From the human T2T-CHM13v2.0 reference genome, Homo sapiens: 64,000 nt of DNA. The stretch lies in the NCBI GenBank assembly GCA_009914755.4, contig CP068257.2, positions 14,368,001-14,432,000 of the forward strand, read 5' to 3'. Positions 18,166 to 31,470 of this stretch are shown one piece after another; positions within the stretch are counted from its first letter, which is position 1; each line of letters opens with the position of its first letter. The position numbers and the translations under genes are program-made. Below the pieces are notes generated by a model that saw nothing but the letters and a program-made list of their open reading frames with translations, was not told where the DNA came from and searched no databases.

Positions 18166-19869
18166 TAAAGAAGGGGTGGATCATCAATCCTTTCAATTCA
18201 AATGAAATTGAAATTATCAATTCCATTTCATATATCACATCAATCACTTTCACATAATAACGCATTTGAAATAATATCAGCTTTCAAACCTTTTTTAAAG
18301 AATATCAATAAAGAATATAAAAATTTAGAAAGTACCATCCAAACTTCATTTTACATTAGAAATACTCAAGCATTTCTAGATATAAAATATTAATAGTGCA
18401 TAACAAAATAATATTATGTGCATATTATTATAGTCCAGATTTATGTATGACTCACTTGGAAACATACTTTTGGAAACAGTTTATGAAACTTTCCCACTTT
18501 TGGAAAAATGTGTGTATAAAGACTAGAATTTCAATTATCACTGATGAAGCTTCAATTATTTCACGTAAAAGTGATTAATAATTCACTTAAAATGTGAAAT
18601 TCAAGACTGAAAATAGTTTTATGTCTTCTTATTCATCATGGAACTAGAAGAAATACCAGAAATAATAATATATCAATCTTTATTTTCTTTATTCAAGACA
18701 AGTAATTGGCAAATATTTGCATAAAAATCTTATGATATATTTTCATGTAGTTGTGTTAACAAAATCTGAAGGACAGGTTGGAGTTTAGGCTAAACTGTCA
18801 TAAAAGTTTTTGGATATTTTTATTTAGTACCACATTGTTATATTCAATTATTTCTGGGTGAGGTGATAGAAGATGTAAATAAAATTAAATTCCTTTCTTG
18901 ATGGATTTTATACTATTATCATATATTAGATAAACATTAGAATTAAATGATATACTAACTGGCTGGGGGAATTGACCTAATGAAAATTGAGTCATATACC
19001 TCTATTTATAGCCTGATTCACTAGAATAGCAAACACAGTTTGGAAATTTTATCAAATGTTGAATATTCAATAGAAATTGTGAAGTGGAAATAATTAAGAA
19101 ATTGGAAAGTGGACTTTTAAAAAAAGATTTGGGTTTAAATTATTATAGTTTTATAGCTTTCACTACTTTAACTTGAAAAATTTTTGTTAAAGCTGGCAGA
19201 TTAATGCATGATAAAAGTGATTAAGCTTATAAAACTAAATAATGCTGTGAAAGAGAAGATGTAGAAATAAAGGCATATGATTTAACAGTTGAGGCAAAAT
19301 AGTTATAATAAAAAGACTGTTACATACACTTAAATTACGTAAAACTGATATCACAAATGAAATATTTAATAAATTTTATGACCTTTCAATTTATTGGATC
19401 CTGACATTTTTCCAAGTAATATTAGGTAGATTTATAGTTTTAAGATTAACATACCAATAAAATTAGGCTAAGTAATTAAATATGATATTCTAATAAATAT
19501 CTTATGAATTAGTAGTACATGAATTTAATATGTAAAAATCAGAGTATTATAAAAACTAGAAACATTTTGGATATAATTTTTGGTAGTTTACCAGACATGT
19601 AGAGAAGATCCAGTATAATTAATTACATTTTGTGTGTGAAGAAAAATTCCCTACCTGTTTAGACTATATTACATAATAACTAACATTTTTATGAGGAATT
19701 TTTGGAAGGAGTTGATATAGTTTCTTATGTCAAATCATGACTCAAAAAGAGACATTATTTAGCTAGAGGCAGTCACATCAAAGAAAAGATCATAACACTC
19801 TAAACATCAAGAAGCAATTTAGAAGTTATTAGAATGATTTGATGAGTGATATGTACTGTAAGTTATCTA

Positions 19870-20280
<411 letters not shown>

Positions 20281-23200
20281 TTAATATCACTCAGCTTATT
20301 GGCCCCTGTACCTGGAGTCCAGAGACAGGAAGGGACTTGGGGCAGGCTCAAGCCGGCATTTCCACCTGTTTCTCTCTAACCCCTTTGGTTCCGCTCTTCT
20401 CCGTACGGACTTAGTTCTTTAGCAGAAGAGTTCCATATTGGTGGCAAAATGGTTGAAGCAATCCCAGGGGTCATCCTTATGTCATGACGAGCAAAGAAAG
20501 ATTATCTCCTAGCAGCTTTCTGTCCAGAGCAGTTAAACTTCATCCCCATAACTTTGCAAGAAACCGTCGCATCTTGCATCTTGTTCCAGACTGAATCGTG
20601 TGCATGTTCTAAATCTTGTCTCTGTGGTCAAGGAATATCACACACAGTCTGGTATAGGCTGATTTCTTGAACAACTCCTTGCTCAGTCGATGGTATGCTC
20701 CCAGGCCTGACAGGTGCAGCCCTGAAGTCTAGGTGATGCAATGAAAGGGGAGTTGAGTCTGGCCTCTGGTCACATCCAGGGCAAACACCCTGAGTTAACA
20801 TGCAATACCTACTGTGGCCCACTATCAGCCTGAACTTCTAGCTGCAACCCTTGCTGCTATATTGCCTGCACGTTAAACCCCGAATCACTCTGAACCAAGT
20901 ATTGTTCACTGAATCAACACAGTAGAATAAAGCCTGTAAACCCCTTTTTCTTCATCACCTCAATCTGGAATGTTTTCTACTTCCAGTGCATCAAAATCCT
21001 ATTGCCCCCTTTTGTCACAAAGTTGACTTTCTTTGTGATCTGAGACTGTATGACATAAAACAACAGATTGACCCTTTAGTTACAAAAAGTTAAGTAATTC
21101 ATTATTCATTGTCTTGGAAAGAGTGAAGATCATTTGAATCTGCAAGGATGGTATGAAATTGCTTGGTTTATTAATGTAAATTGAATTGAGATTTAATTTT
21201 GGTTGTTTCCTTGAGAAAGCAGAAAAATGGTTTTCCTACTAAATGAGTATTTCCTACTAAGTGAGGGAAATTTAGATTGGATCACGTGTGCCTAACATGG
21301 GCTGTTAAATGAGGAACACCTAGAGCTTTGAGAAATATACTGTGAAATGTTAGGATTTTTTTTTTTTTTTTTGAAATTTCACTTGACCGAGATATGGGGC
21401 CTGGGGAGAGTATAAGGAAAGGGCTGTGTCCTCTCCTAGAATGAATTAACTAGGAGTGGGTCACGGAGCTGTTTCTGGACATAGTGCAGTCCATGTTATT
21501 GTCTGATATTCAGATTATTCACAGTAATTTTTTTTAATTAATAACCTTCTTAACTATATATAATTTTTTATCCTTTCCTTCCTATACACACAACACCTAA
21601 TATGGTGTTCCACTTTTCCTTTTCCCCATATAATTGGACAAAACCACGTTGCCTCTGATTCTTCAATATTGGGTGAAATTCAGTCCTCCAATTTTACTCC
21701 AGGTTTGGAAGGACGAGAGACAGGAATCCAGTTTCAAGGGACTAAATGCAGGGCCGACCAAAGCCTCGGAGGCCCTCCCTCTATTAAGTATCTTCTCTGT
21801 TACCCAGTTCTCCAGCAGTTAACTGGTTAACTTGTTAAGATGTAAATCTAAAAGAATCCCTGGGAAAATGGAACAGTGGGAATCTAGGGTTCTAAAATTT
21901 GTATTAGCAAAGGGTCTAAAACTCCTTTGTTTACATTGTCTTAATTATTAAAGAATCCAATAGCATTAAACAGCTTGAGAGAATGTTTGCCCAGGGGAAG
22001 TCTATATTTTTGGCAAGCAATAAAATGTTGAATATAAATGAAAGCTATCCTGAATCCTGGCATATGTGTCTCTACTATGTTATTTGCTTCCAGATTTTTT
22101 CCAAATGGATACTTTTAAACATATTTATCAGAATACTAAACTTATGCATCTCATTTTTTAAATATGTCTTAAAATTTTCCCCTTAGTTGCTAGGGTCTTC
22201 ATAATTATTATTAAATATAATCAATTTTCCAAGAAACACTCTCCAGTTTTGTACTGCCTAAACAACCTTGCATTGTGATCTTTTCTCCTTTTGAATGTAT
22301 TTTCTTGGACTACATTTCCAGAAATAGAATTACTGAATAAATGGTTTGGAAATATTTACAGCTCATAATATGAAATGCCAAAGTTTTTCAAAAAAGAGTT
22401 TAAAACAATTTCTATCTCATAATATAGTATGTATATCAGTTTTGGTTATACTCCACTATTATGCATTACATTTAATTATACTTTCTTTAGTCTTTGTATT
22501 TTACTGTCCCACTTCCAGACTCAAAGAAGATCATAGCCTCCTGGAGAACTAGGAGAGTGTATTTATTACTTTTGTATTTATTTACTTCTCTATAACATTA
22601 GAACAAGGACTAACACATACTAAGTAAACATTAAATGTTTGTTGCATTGATTTGAATTAATCACGGGAATTCTTTTTGCAGTTACAGTAACTGCCAAATT
22701 ACTTCATGTTTTGGTGAATTACTTTATTATGATTTTAGCTTTTTTTCATTAACTGAGACTCGTGTTCCTCTTTTTAGTGCTTTTTTGTTTTTAATGAAAT
22801 GCTTCATGATTTTCTGTGTCATCCTTAAAAGAGGACATGTTTATTTTCTCTGGATTGTGCCAATTTTAAGATATTTTCTGCCAAAGCATGCATCATTTAA
22901 TTTAATTTTACTCTTTCAGTAAGCAATTATATGACTGAGTTTACAGTTAGTATTTGAGATACAATTGAGGTTAAACATTTTTAATGTGTGTTTATTAAAA
23001 TGATATTCTTTATTTAGTGAGTTGTTTGCTCTTGAGTTTGCCCATTTGAATCTGGAGTTTTATTTGTAAAATAATTATAATTAAATTTTAAACTTTTCCT
23101 ATTACATTTTGCTCTAGATGTTTTTTAGCTTTTTTCAATTTTTGTTTATGGCTAAAATTCAGAAATTTCAAAATTTTATAGTCTCATTTGTTTTGAGGGG

Positions 23201-23429
23201 AGCAGATACCTCTTTCTCTTAGATAGTTCAAAGGTTATTGACTACTACTTAGCACTGCCACAATAGGCTAAATGTCCAGTTTTATTCTATTTGAGGCATT
23301 CTGGATATTATTAATGCTTTGTATCATGATATATTGCACTTTTAGAGTGTATTTAGGGATGGGATATTATTAGTTTGAGTAGTCCGCTTAGATTTTTTTT
23401 AAACTGGGAAAACAATTATCTATTCATAT

Positions 23430-23895
23430 ATTAATTAAAAACATTTTATTTTGATGTATGGGTCAGTTTTTAGTTTTTTCTACTTTTCAATATGATGTAA
23501 TATGTTGATTTTTGTACCATACTCTTTCACCTATTGATTGTTCAGCATATATTTTAATATTTGCTAAGCCTAGTTTCTCCCTTGTTTGAGACTATTCTGA
23601 AATATTTTTTATTAATTAATTATCCAAATAAAATTTGTCACCTGAAGGCTATAGTCCAAAAAAGAGCTTATAATTTTATTTGGGATTTTATTAAACGTTC
23701 ATATTACTTTGGGAAGGTCCAAAATTATATATGACTGTTTTTCCATCCAGGAGCATGATTATGTGTTTCTACTTATTAGAGAATAAATTTCTTTCCAATA
23801 AAGCTTTATAATTTTTGTAAAGTATGTCCTATATCTCTCATCTATGTTTTCAAGTTAAGATTGCCACTTTAATTACTATTGTGATGAGATACTTT
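23430..23895 (-). mobile_element. Old L1 (L1M/L1P-like) antisense fragment
   Basis: The sequence gtttttccatccaggagcatgattatgtgtttctact...ctttataatttttgtaaagtatgtcctatatctctcatctatgttttcaagttaagattgcc resembles the reverse complement of the L1 ORF1/ORF2-junction region (ttttccatccaggagcatgggatgtctttcc...tttgtagttttcagagtacaagtc). It is diverged and the boundaries are loose. Confidence 0.4.
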
Positions 23896-23900
23896 TTAAA

Positions 23901-24209
23901 TTTTTTTTTATTTTTTTGAGACAGCATCTCACTCTGTCACCCAGGCTAGAGTTCAGTGGCAGATGTCTGCTCACTGCACCCCCACCTCCCCAGTTCAAGT
24001 GATTCTCATGCCTCAGCCTCCCGAGTAGCTGGAATTACAGTCACGTACCAACCCACCATGCCCACCTATTATTTATTTATTTATTTATTTTAGTAGACAG
24101 GGTTTTATCAGGTTGGCCAGGCTGGTCTCAAACTCCTGACCTCAAGTGATCCACCTGTCTCAGCCTCCCAATGTGTTGGGATTACAGATGTGAGCCACAG
24201 CACAAGGCC
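23901..24209 (-). mobile_element. Alu SINE (antisense), first member of a head-to-tail Alu pair
   Basis: After a poly-T run the copy reads gagacagcatctcactctgtcacccaggctagagttcagtggcagatgtctgctcactgcacc...cctcccaatgtgttgggattacagatgtgagccacagcacaaggcc. Confidence 0.9.
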
Positions 24210-24210
24210 T

Positions 24211-24505
<295 letters not shown>

Positions 24506-26569
24506 GAGTGTTATTATTATTTTTTTAGTGTTATATTGTTATCCTGTCTCATTCATATATTTGATTACATGTAATAGCTCGATTTCTTGAAAATGATATG
24601 CATCTTCTTTTCCTGTAGGTATAAAATTTCCTTTCAGTATATGTTAACAGTTGCTTCAGGGTAGACACTATCATGACAAGTTATCATGAGAATGTCCTTC
24701 CATTGAACAATTGTGGGATTTTTGAGCTAAATTTGCTAGGTCATAATAGATTAGCCTATCATTCTATTCAATCTCATATACCATTTTTTAAAGATCTGCA
24801 ATGAAGCAGAAGGCAAAGTAGCTACAATGAAGTTAGAGGTTTGCTCAAATATTTCATGGCCTTAAGCCAAAATGCTTATGGGAACTCTGTCTGCTGCGGC
24901 AATGCCTACTGACTTCTTGCATTTCCTGAAGGGTGGTTAGAAAGGGATGCCCATCATTTCTTGTGGGTTGGTCAGATTTCCCAACACTTCCTACCTGATG
25001 TAGGTGTCTGGGTATGGTTGGGGTTTGGAGGAATGTTCTCATGATCTAACAGTCAGACTTTCACTTATTTCCCTTTGTGCCATCCAGCTTCTTGTCTTTT
25101 TTTTATCAGCGGTTTCTCTATGCTATGGCACAGCTTATCTAGAACTCTCAAAGCTGAAAAAATTTTGTTGCACAGACTAAAACAGGAAGCTGGGGTTCGA
25201 ATACTTTTGTTTCAGACTTTTTAAAGCAATCTTCCTGTTTTATGCCTTCACCTCCCCACATCCCTACTCCCTGTCCTCTGGAGATAGTGGTTACGTTCGA
25301 TTCCTGAGCCTTTCTGGAGTTTTATGGCACAAATGGACTTATTTATCCTGGCTTCTTTCCAAGAATTCACTTACCTATCTGTTACTATTATTCTATCCAT
25401 AAGTCAGCTTTCAAAATTTTATTGGTCTCATTAGAGTGCTTTTGTTTTCTCATCTTATTTGTCCTTGTAGGCTAATGATTTTATTTTTTTAAACTATCTG
25501 AGTGTCATTTTAGTCAGGTTTGGGGAGGGAGCAGAGGTGCACATGTCTGCCATGTTTTTTAGGAAGTCTCTGTCATGATATATTTTTATACTGTCTGCAG
25601 TGGACAGAGCCAATGAACTCCCTGGCATCAGTTTTTCTGTACTCATTGTTAACAAGACATCAGATTACCAACTATGTGATTTTGGAGGAGTAAGCTGTTA
25701 TTAACCCAAACTAATCATCATCATTGTAGGCGAAGAAGGTGAAATGTTTTCCAGCTCTTGGCTTTATTTTTCCTTGTGGAGGGACCTCAGGTGGAATAAT
25801 GCTCCCCACTTCTCACTCAGTCCTCCTTAAGGAAAAGGAATGACATCTGATTATGAGGTAGAAAAATAAAGTAAGTGTTCTCCAGTCAGTCCCATTTCTT
25901 CTTATTAGGTTTTCTCCCCTCTGCAAGGCAGCTTGGAATAAACTCAGTGGTACAGGCTTTGTCTCGATGAGGGTCTCCAGACATCTATAGTTGAAAAGTG
26001 AGCAAATTCATTTGGCCACGAGCTAAACCATGTTTCCTATCCAGCCAGTCAGTAAAAAGGCTTACATCTCCATAGGTCCATCCCCTGTGTTTTATTTTTC
26101 ACTTGTTTCTAAACTTGGGCAGGAAAGAAAAAGCTATTATATATCTACTTTCATCTCCACCCTTGAAACAAATAAACAAAACCCAGACCAGCAAGTTAAT
26201 CCTATTCCTCATGCAGCAATATTTGGTTTAACAGTGGACATGGAGTCTGGGTCTAAGCCATTAGTGCTTAACATTCCTCTGACAATGGCGATCGGTTCAG
26301 GGTTGGGCAGCATCTATGTTGCTTCTGCAAAGTAAAGACCATGACTTTCCTTTGATTTTTTAAACATCAAAACATGTTTATTCTTTCTCTGGATGGTTTT
26401 GTGAGAAGCCATTATACTGGGAAAAACTGCAGCAATTTTGCACCCATGACAAACCCAGCAAGCACATGAAGGACAAATTCTCCTTGGAGGAAGAGCAGAG
26501 GATGGAGACAGAACCCGGATAGAATTCCATGTGAAGTCTACACTACTCCTAGACTTTTCATTTGTGTGG

Positions 26570-26947
26570 TGTATTAGTCTGTTCTATGCTGTTAATAAAG
26601 ACACATCCAAGACTGGGCAGTTTATAACGGAAAGAGGTTTAATTAACTCACAGCTCTGCAGGGCTGGGGCAGCCTCAGGAAACTTACAATCATGGTGGAA
26701 AGGGAAGCAAACATGTCCTTCTTCACATGGTGGCAGCAAGGAGAAGAATGAGGGCCCAGCAAAGGGGGAAGCCCTGTATAAAACCATCATCTCTCATGAG
26801 AACTAATTCACTATCACAAGAACAAGACAGGGGAAACCACCCCCATGATTCAATTTTCTCTACCTGGTCCCTCCCGCAACATGTGGGGATTATGAGAACT
26901 ACAATTCAAGATGAGATTTGGGTGGGGACACAGCCAAACAATATCAT
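26570..26947 (-). mobile_element. THE1/MST-family MaLR solo LTR, antisense
   Basis: The sequence tgtattagtctgttctatgctgttaataaagacacatccaagactgggcagtttataacggaaagaggtttaattaactcacagctctgcagggctggggcagcctcaggaaacttacaatcatggtggaaag...ccacccccatgattcaatt...ccctcccgcaacatgtggggattatgagaactacaattcaagatgagatttgggtggggacacagccaaacaatatca matches, almost end to end, the reverse complement of THE1B (TGATATGGTTTGGCTGTGTCCCCACCCAAATCTCATCTTGAATTGTAGC...TATTAGCAGTGTGAGAACGGACTAATACA). Confidence 0.8.
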
Positions 26948-27035
26948 GTGGGTTAACACATTTCTTTCTATGTTTAAACTCACTTGAAGTGGGTTTCTTA
27001 CCATTAAGAGCATCTAATCACTGCATTATTGAGTT

Positions 27036-27290
27036 TGCTTTTCTAGGATTTCTGTAAAATTGTCACATTTTAATTACAAATGAGTTTCCAAACAGTGTTT
27101 CTCAGAACATAAGCGTTATGCCTAGTCTGCTCAAGCAAAATCTCTGCTCTTGGGTTCAGATTTACTTTCACAAGTCAAAATTGGTTTCATCCTGGATTAA
27201 GTTCACCTAGCCTTAAGACAGGATACATGGTAGGCCACATGGCATGAATGGCAACAACGAATCAGAGGAATTAGGAGACTTACTTCATTG
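27036..27290. repeat. Left arm of a large inverted repeat (palindromic structure)
   Basis: The arm runs gcttttctaggatttctgtaaaattgtcacattttaattacaaatgagtttccaaacagtgtttctcagaacataagcgttatgcctagtctgctcaagcaaaatctctgctcttgggttcagatttactttcacaagtcaaaattggtttcatcctggattaagttcacctagccttaagacaggatacatggtaggccacatggcatgaatggcaacaacgaatcagaggaattaggagacttacttcattg. Its reverse complement recurs at 27621-27876 with roughly 88% identity. Confidence 0.75.
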
Positions 27291-27620
27291 CTAAAATGGA
27301 CATAGTCTCAGGAGATGAGACAAGATGAGCATGAGCCACCTCAGTTCATGGAAGCTGCATGCTCTGGTGGCCCTGTCAGCTTTTACACCTTGTAAGATTC
27401 ATAACATTCTCCTCATATTCACATGACTGGCCCTCATTCTCCAGTACAGTAGAATTTCACTGATACTTGTTACTCAGTAAACAATTTCAGCAATGAGGAT
27501 CAAATGTATGGTCTGGAATGTAGTAACAACAGATGAATTCTCTATAATCTAGGGTCTAGTCTGCTCCTGTGACTCCTTTAATTAATATGCAAGAAAGATT
27601 TTAAGAATACCAAATCCTAT

Positions 27621-27876
27621 CAATGAAGTAAGTCTCTTAATTCCTCTGATTTGTTGTTGCCATTCATGCAATGTGGCCTATCATGTATCCTGTCTTAAAG
27701 CTAAGTAAACTTAGTCCAGGCTGAAACCTATTTTGACTTGTAAAAGTCAATCTGAACTCAAGAGCAGAGACTCTGTTTGAGCAGACTAGGCATGGCACTA
27801 ATGTTCTGGGAAACACTGATCGGAAACTCAACTTGTAAGTAAAAATGTAACAAGTCTACAAAAATCCTAGAAAAGC
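27621..27876. repeat. Right arm of the inverted repeat, reverse complement of 27036-27290
   Basis: The arm runs caatgaagtaagtctcttaattcctctgatttgttgttgccattcatgcaatgtggcctatcatgtatcctgtcttaaagctaagtaaacttagtccaggctgaaacctattttgacttgtaaaagtcaatctgaactcaagagcagagactctgtttgagcagactaggcatggcactaatgttctgggaaacactgatcggaaactcaacttgtaagtaaaaatgtaacaagtctacaaaaatcctagaaaagc. Confidence 0.75.
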
Positions 27877-28047
27877 TAACCCAAATCCTCAGCTATCTCT
27901 GAGGCTAACGGTTAAATTATGGACCTACTTTTAACTCTATTCTAAATTAGTATCCTGTGAATATGGACAACAAGAACAATAATATATGTCAGTTATTTAA
28001 GTGACACCAATTAAAGTGCTTTGCATATTATTGTGTAATAAATAATT

Positions 28048-28840
28048 TGGCTGGCCTTTTTTCCCAGTTCCCGGGAGTTATCTTTTAAAGCCTTAGAATT
28101 CCCTGAGTGACAGGAGAGTTTTTGCTATTCATAGTATGTTCTGATAGGTTATGCCAATGAGGCGACTCATGGTGAGCTCATAGATAGTTTATGCTAACAA
28201 GATGACTCAGGATGGTGTTGACCAATCCAGAGAGACTAACCATGTTTTTAGAGGGTTGGAACTTCGAACCATGTGATATTAGCCTGACCTCCAGGGAGGG
28301 GAGTAGGAACTGGAGATCAAGTTCAATCACATGGCCAGTAATTCAATATATCATGCCCACAAAATAGAACTCCAATAAAAACTTAGACACTGAAGCTCAT
28401 ATGAGTTTCCTTGGGTAACAATGTGTATTGTTACACAACAATGATTGAAAGGTGATGTGTCCTGACTCTGCAGGGAGAGAGGACATCAGAAGCTACACAT
28501 TTGGGACCTTCTCAGGCTTCACCCTATGCACCTCTTTTTGCTGATCCTGATTTGTATTATTTGTGCTATAATAACACTGTAATTATATGTATAGGACTTT
28601 CCTGAATTCTCTGTCACTGTCAGTCTATTAAATGATTGAGCATGAAGAGAGAGTAGGAACCCCTGAGTATTTAGCTTGTTGGTCAGAAGTGCTGGTGGCC
28701 TTGGAACTCATAAGCTTGTGGCTAGTTTCTGAGGTGAGTGAGAGGTCTTGTGAAGGACTGTGCCCTCAGCCTGTGAAGTCTGCCTAACTCTGGCTAGTCC
28801 ATCGCAAGTCACTGCACACGTATTAATTCAATCAGCTCTA
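28048..28840 (+). mobile_element. ERVL-type solo LTR (MLT2-like)
   Basis: The segment 28290-28830 reads cagggaggggagtaggaactggagatcaagttcaatcacatggccagtaattcaatatatcatgcccacaaaatagaactccaataaaaac...cctatgcacctctttttgctgatcctg...actgtaattatatgtatagg...ctgtcactgtcagtctattaaatgattgagc...ggaacccctgagtatttagcttgttggtcagaagtgctggtggccttggaactcataagcttgtggctagtttctgaggtgagtgagaggtcttgtgaaggactgtgccctcagcctgtgaagtctgcctaactctggctag. It parallels the MLT2 3' half as I remember it (cagggaggggagagcaactggagattgaactcaatcaccaatggccaatgatttaatcaatcatgcctatgtaatgaagcctccataaaaac...tgatttatagccagtcagtcagaagcacaggtgacaacctgggcttgc...cttgtgggactgagcccttaacctgtgg). Confidence 0.5.
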
Positions 28841-30974
28841 TGGTGTGAGTATTTTATTACTCTCATCTTACATACATAGATTAATAAAGATTCATAAATA
28901 ACATTGATAAATTGCTGAATAGTACATTTCATCTCTTCGTTTTATAGGTTATATAATAAATTTATTTTCATATTCTCTCAGAATTTTTACAACAAAAGAA
29001 TTATCTGATTTTTTTCCTTATGTGTCTTTTAGAAATTTAAGTTGTATTGCTGAGTACATTTTACTTCCTTTGGTAGAAACATTTTTATCTTACTTTAAGT
29101 TCTGGGATATCACTTCCTTTTTTAATTTGCTGTGTAATTTTTTCTAAGTCCAAAATTGTTTGGAAGATTTCAAAGGAATACAGTGGAATACATTTAAAGG
29201 CTGCCAGACCTCAATTCAAAAGCTAATGATTATGTTAAACCAATTTACAATTCTTTGGAGCTTCAATTTCCTCATTTCTGAAAATAGAGATAATTATACA
29301 TATATAGAATAATGCTATGAAGAGGTACGAGATAACATATGTAATAAATCCGGAAAATATATTAGGTCAATTTCCCCTTTAGATTCAAACAGCCTCAGGG
29401 TAAGGGCAAGCAATCTACATATTTTTATTAGTATAATTCTTTTAGGGATGATAAAGTTATAGAAAGACATTCACTCTTCTTTCTTCTCTTCCTTGGGGGT
29501 TAATTTTTCAGTGTTTGATATAATCTCAGAGCAGTGTATGTCAGCGTATGGGGATGGGGCAGGGGAGAGAGAGAGAGAGAACTCTTATTTTAAAATAATT
29601 TCCTAACAAGAGAGCTTTTGTAAATACCAGCCTAAATTGTTATTAATGAGACTTTCTTATTTCCAAAAGCCTTCTGAAGAATGTTGTGGTGGTCATGGAT
29701 TCACAGGTCTCCATTTATAGAAAGCAGAGCTAACTAAGGCACGCAAAATGTGTTGCCATGTTTAGGATGAGGCCACACTTCCTATGTGTTGCTCCCAGCC
29801 AATGACTGAGCACAACAAGTCTACTAAGTCAGTCAGCTTCCCTGGAGAAAGGGGACTCTTTGATGGCCATTTTGCTTGAATTCTCCATTCTTAATCTGTG
29901 GTTGCTTTTTTCTCTTTTAGCTTACTATGGAAATGGAAAAGAACTGCTGCTTTGAAAGTTGATATTTAAGTAATTGGGAAAAATTTGAGAACATTTATCT
30001 TTGAAATCCTTTGAAACTATATTATCTAAGGATTTAGTGTTTTTATTTTTGTCAGTAAGTAAGGTCTATGTTTATGTTTTGGTGGGGAAATGCAGTAACA
30101 AGCAGACAGAAAATAACCCTTAATATTCCTCATTCTGAGTTACTGGCACAAGTAAATATTTCACATGCCATCCCTTTCATATAGATATATTAATTTGTGA
30201 GCTATATTAATTCTTGTTATGGTTAACATGACCCTATTTTCTCACCACTTCTGTCAAATTAATAAATATACCTGAAATTTAAATATTGTTCCCTCTATGT
30301 ATTACAGGTTTTTCCCATGATAGTGGGGTTGGAGGGTAAAAATAACCTGTCCTTATCTTTTAGCTAACCCAGGCACAACAGGAATACAACCTTTTACTAC
30401 AGATGTGGGATTGTTCATGTCATCTACTAATGCAAGGTACACAGCTTTTTGACGGCGTTGTTCTAAAAGCAGCTATTTCTATAGCTTTAAATTACATGCT
30501 TAAATTTATATTTTGCAACCTATTAATGTCAGAAGTAAGATAGTATTAATTTCCTCTACGGAATTCTAGATAATTAGCACACTTATATTTCCTCTTATCT
30601 TCCCCTCCTTCCTTCAATGTCATAAATTTTGTTAACATGCTTTAAAATTTGTGCCTCAGTTCGTCTAATTAAAATTATTATTTACCAACTGACTTTTATA
30701 TAGCATATGTCATTCAGTTATGTGAATATTGGCATTTTATATTATAATCATTTTAAATTTTTACCTTTAAAAATTAATTCAATACCTGGTTGCCACTGTA
30801 AATATTTCTTTTTATCACATGGTGAGGCAGACATAAAACATAAGGCATAAGAAATAGGTCATAGCTATTGAGAAGTATCTGCAATAAGTAGTTGATAAGG
30901 GGAACAGAGCTATGGGACCAGGCATGGGGTATATTAGAATTCTCCAAAGAAACAAACAAATAGGAGATACATAT

Positions 30975-31470
30975 ATTGAGAGATTTATTATGGGAATTGG
31001 TTCCTGTGATTGCATAGTCCAAGAAATCTCCAAAACTGTTGTTTGCAAGCTGGAGACCAGGAAAGCAGTGGTATAATTCAATCTCACACCAAAAGGCCAA
31101 GAACCAGGGGAGCAGATGGTATAAATCCCAGTTACAGTATGAAGGCCTGACAACCAGGTGGAGAGAAGTGGATGCTGGTGTAAATCCTGGAGTCTGAATT
31201 CCCAAAAACCAGGAGATTCAATGTCGGAGTTTAGGAGAAGATATATGTCCTAGTTCAAGGAGTGACAGGGAGAGAAAGAAAGAAAAAATAGAGAGAGAAT
31301 TCACCCATCTTCTGCCTTTTGTTCTAGTTAGGTCCTCAACAAATTGGATGATGTCTGGCTACATTGGAGAGAGTGGATTCTCTTTACTCGGTGCTAATGC
31401 TAAGCCCTTCCACAAACATCCTAACAGACTGACCCAAGAATAATGTCTTAGCCGTTACTTGAGCATCCCT
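30975..31470 (+). mobile_element. Ancient interspersed repeat, family not confidently assigned (LTR/MaLR-like)
   Basis: The sequence gagatttattatgggaattggttcctgtgattgcatagtccaagaaatctccaaaactgttgtttgcaagctggagaccaggaaagcagtggtataattcaatctcacaccaaaaggccaagaaccaggggagcagatggtataaatcccag...ttcacccatcttctgccttttgttctagttaggtcctcaacaaattggatgatgtctggctacattggagagagtggattctctttactc matches a common human repeat consensus I recognise (gatttattataaggaattggctcacg...gccgtctgcaagctggagacccaggaaagc...cctttttgttctattcaggccctcaacagattggatgatgcccacccacattgg) but cannot name with confidence. Confidence 0.35.
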
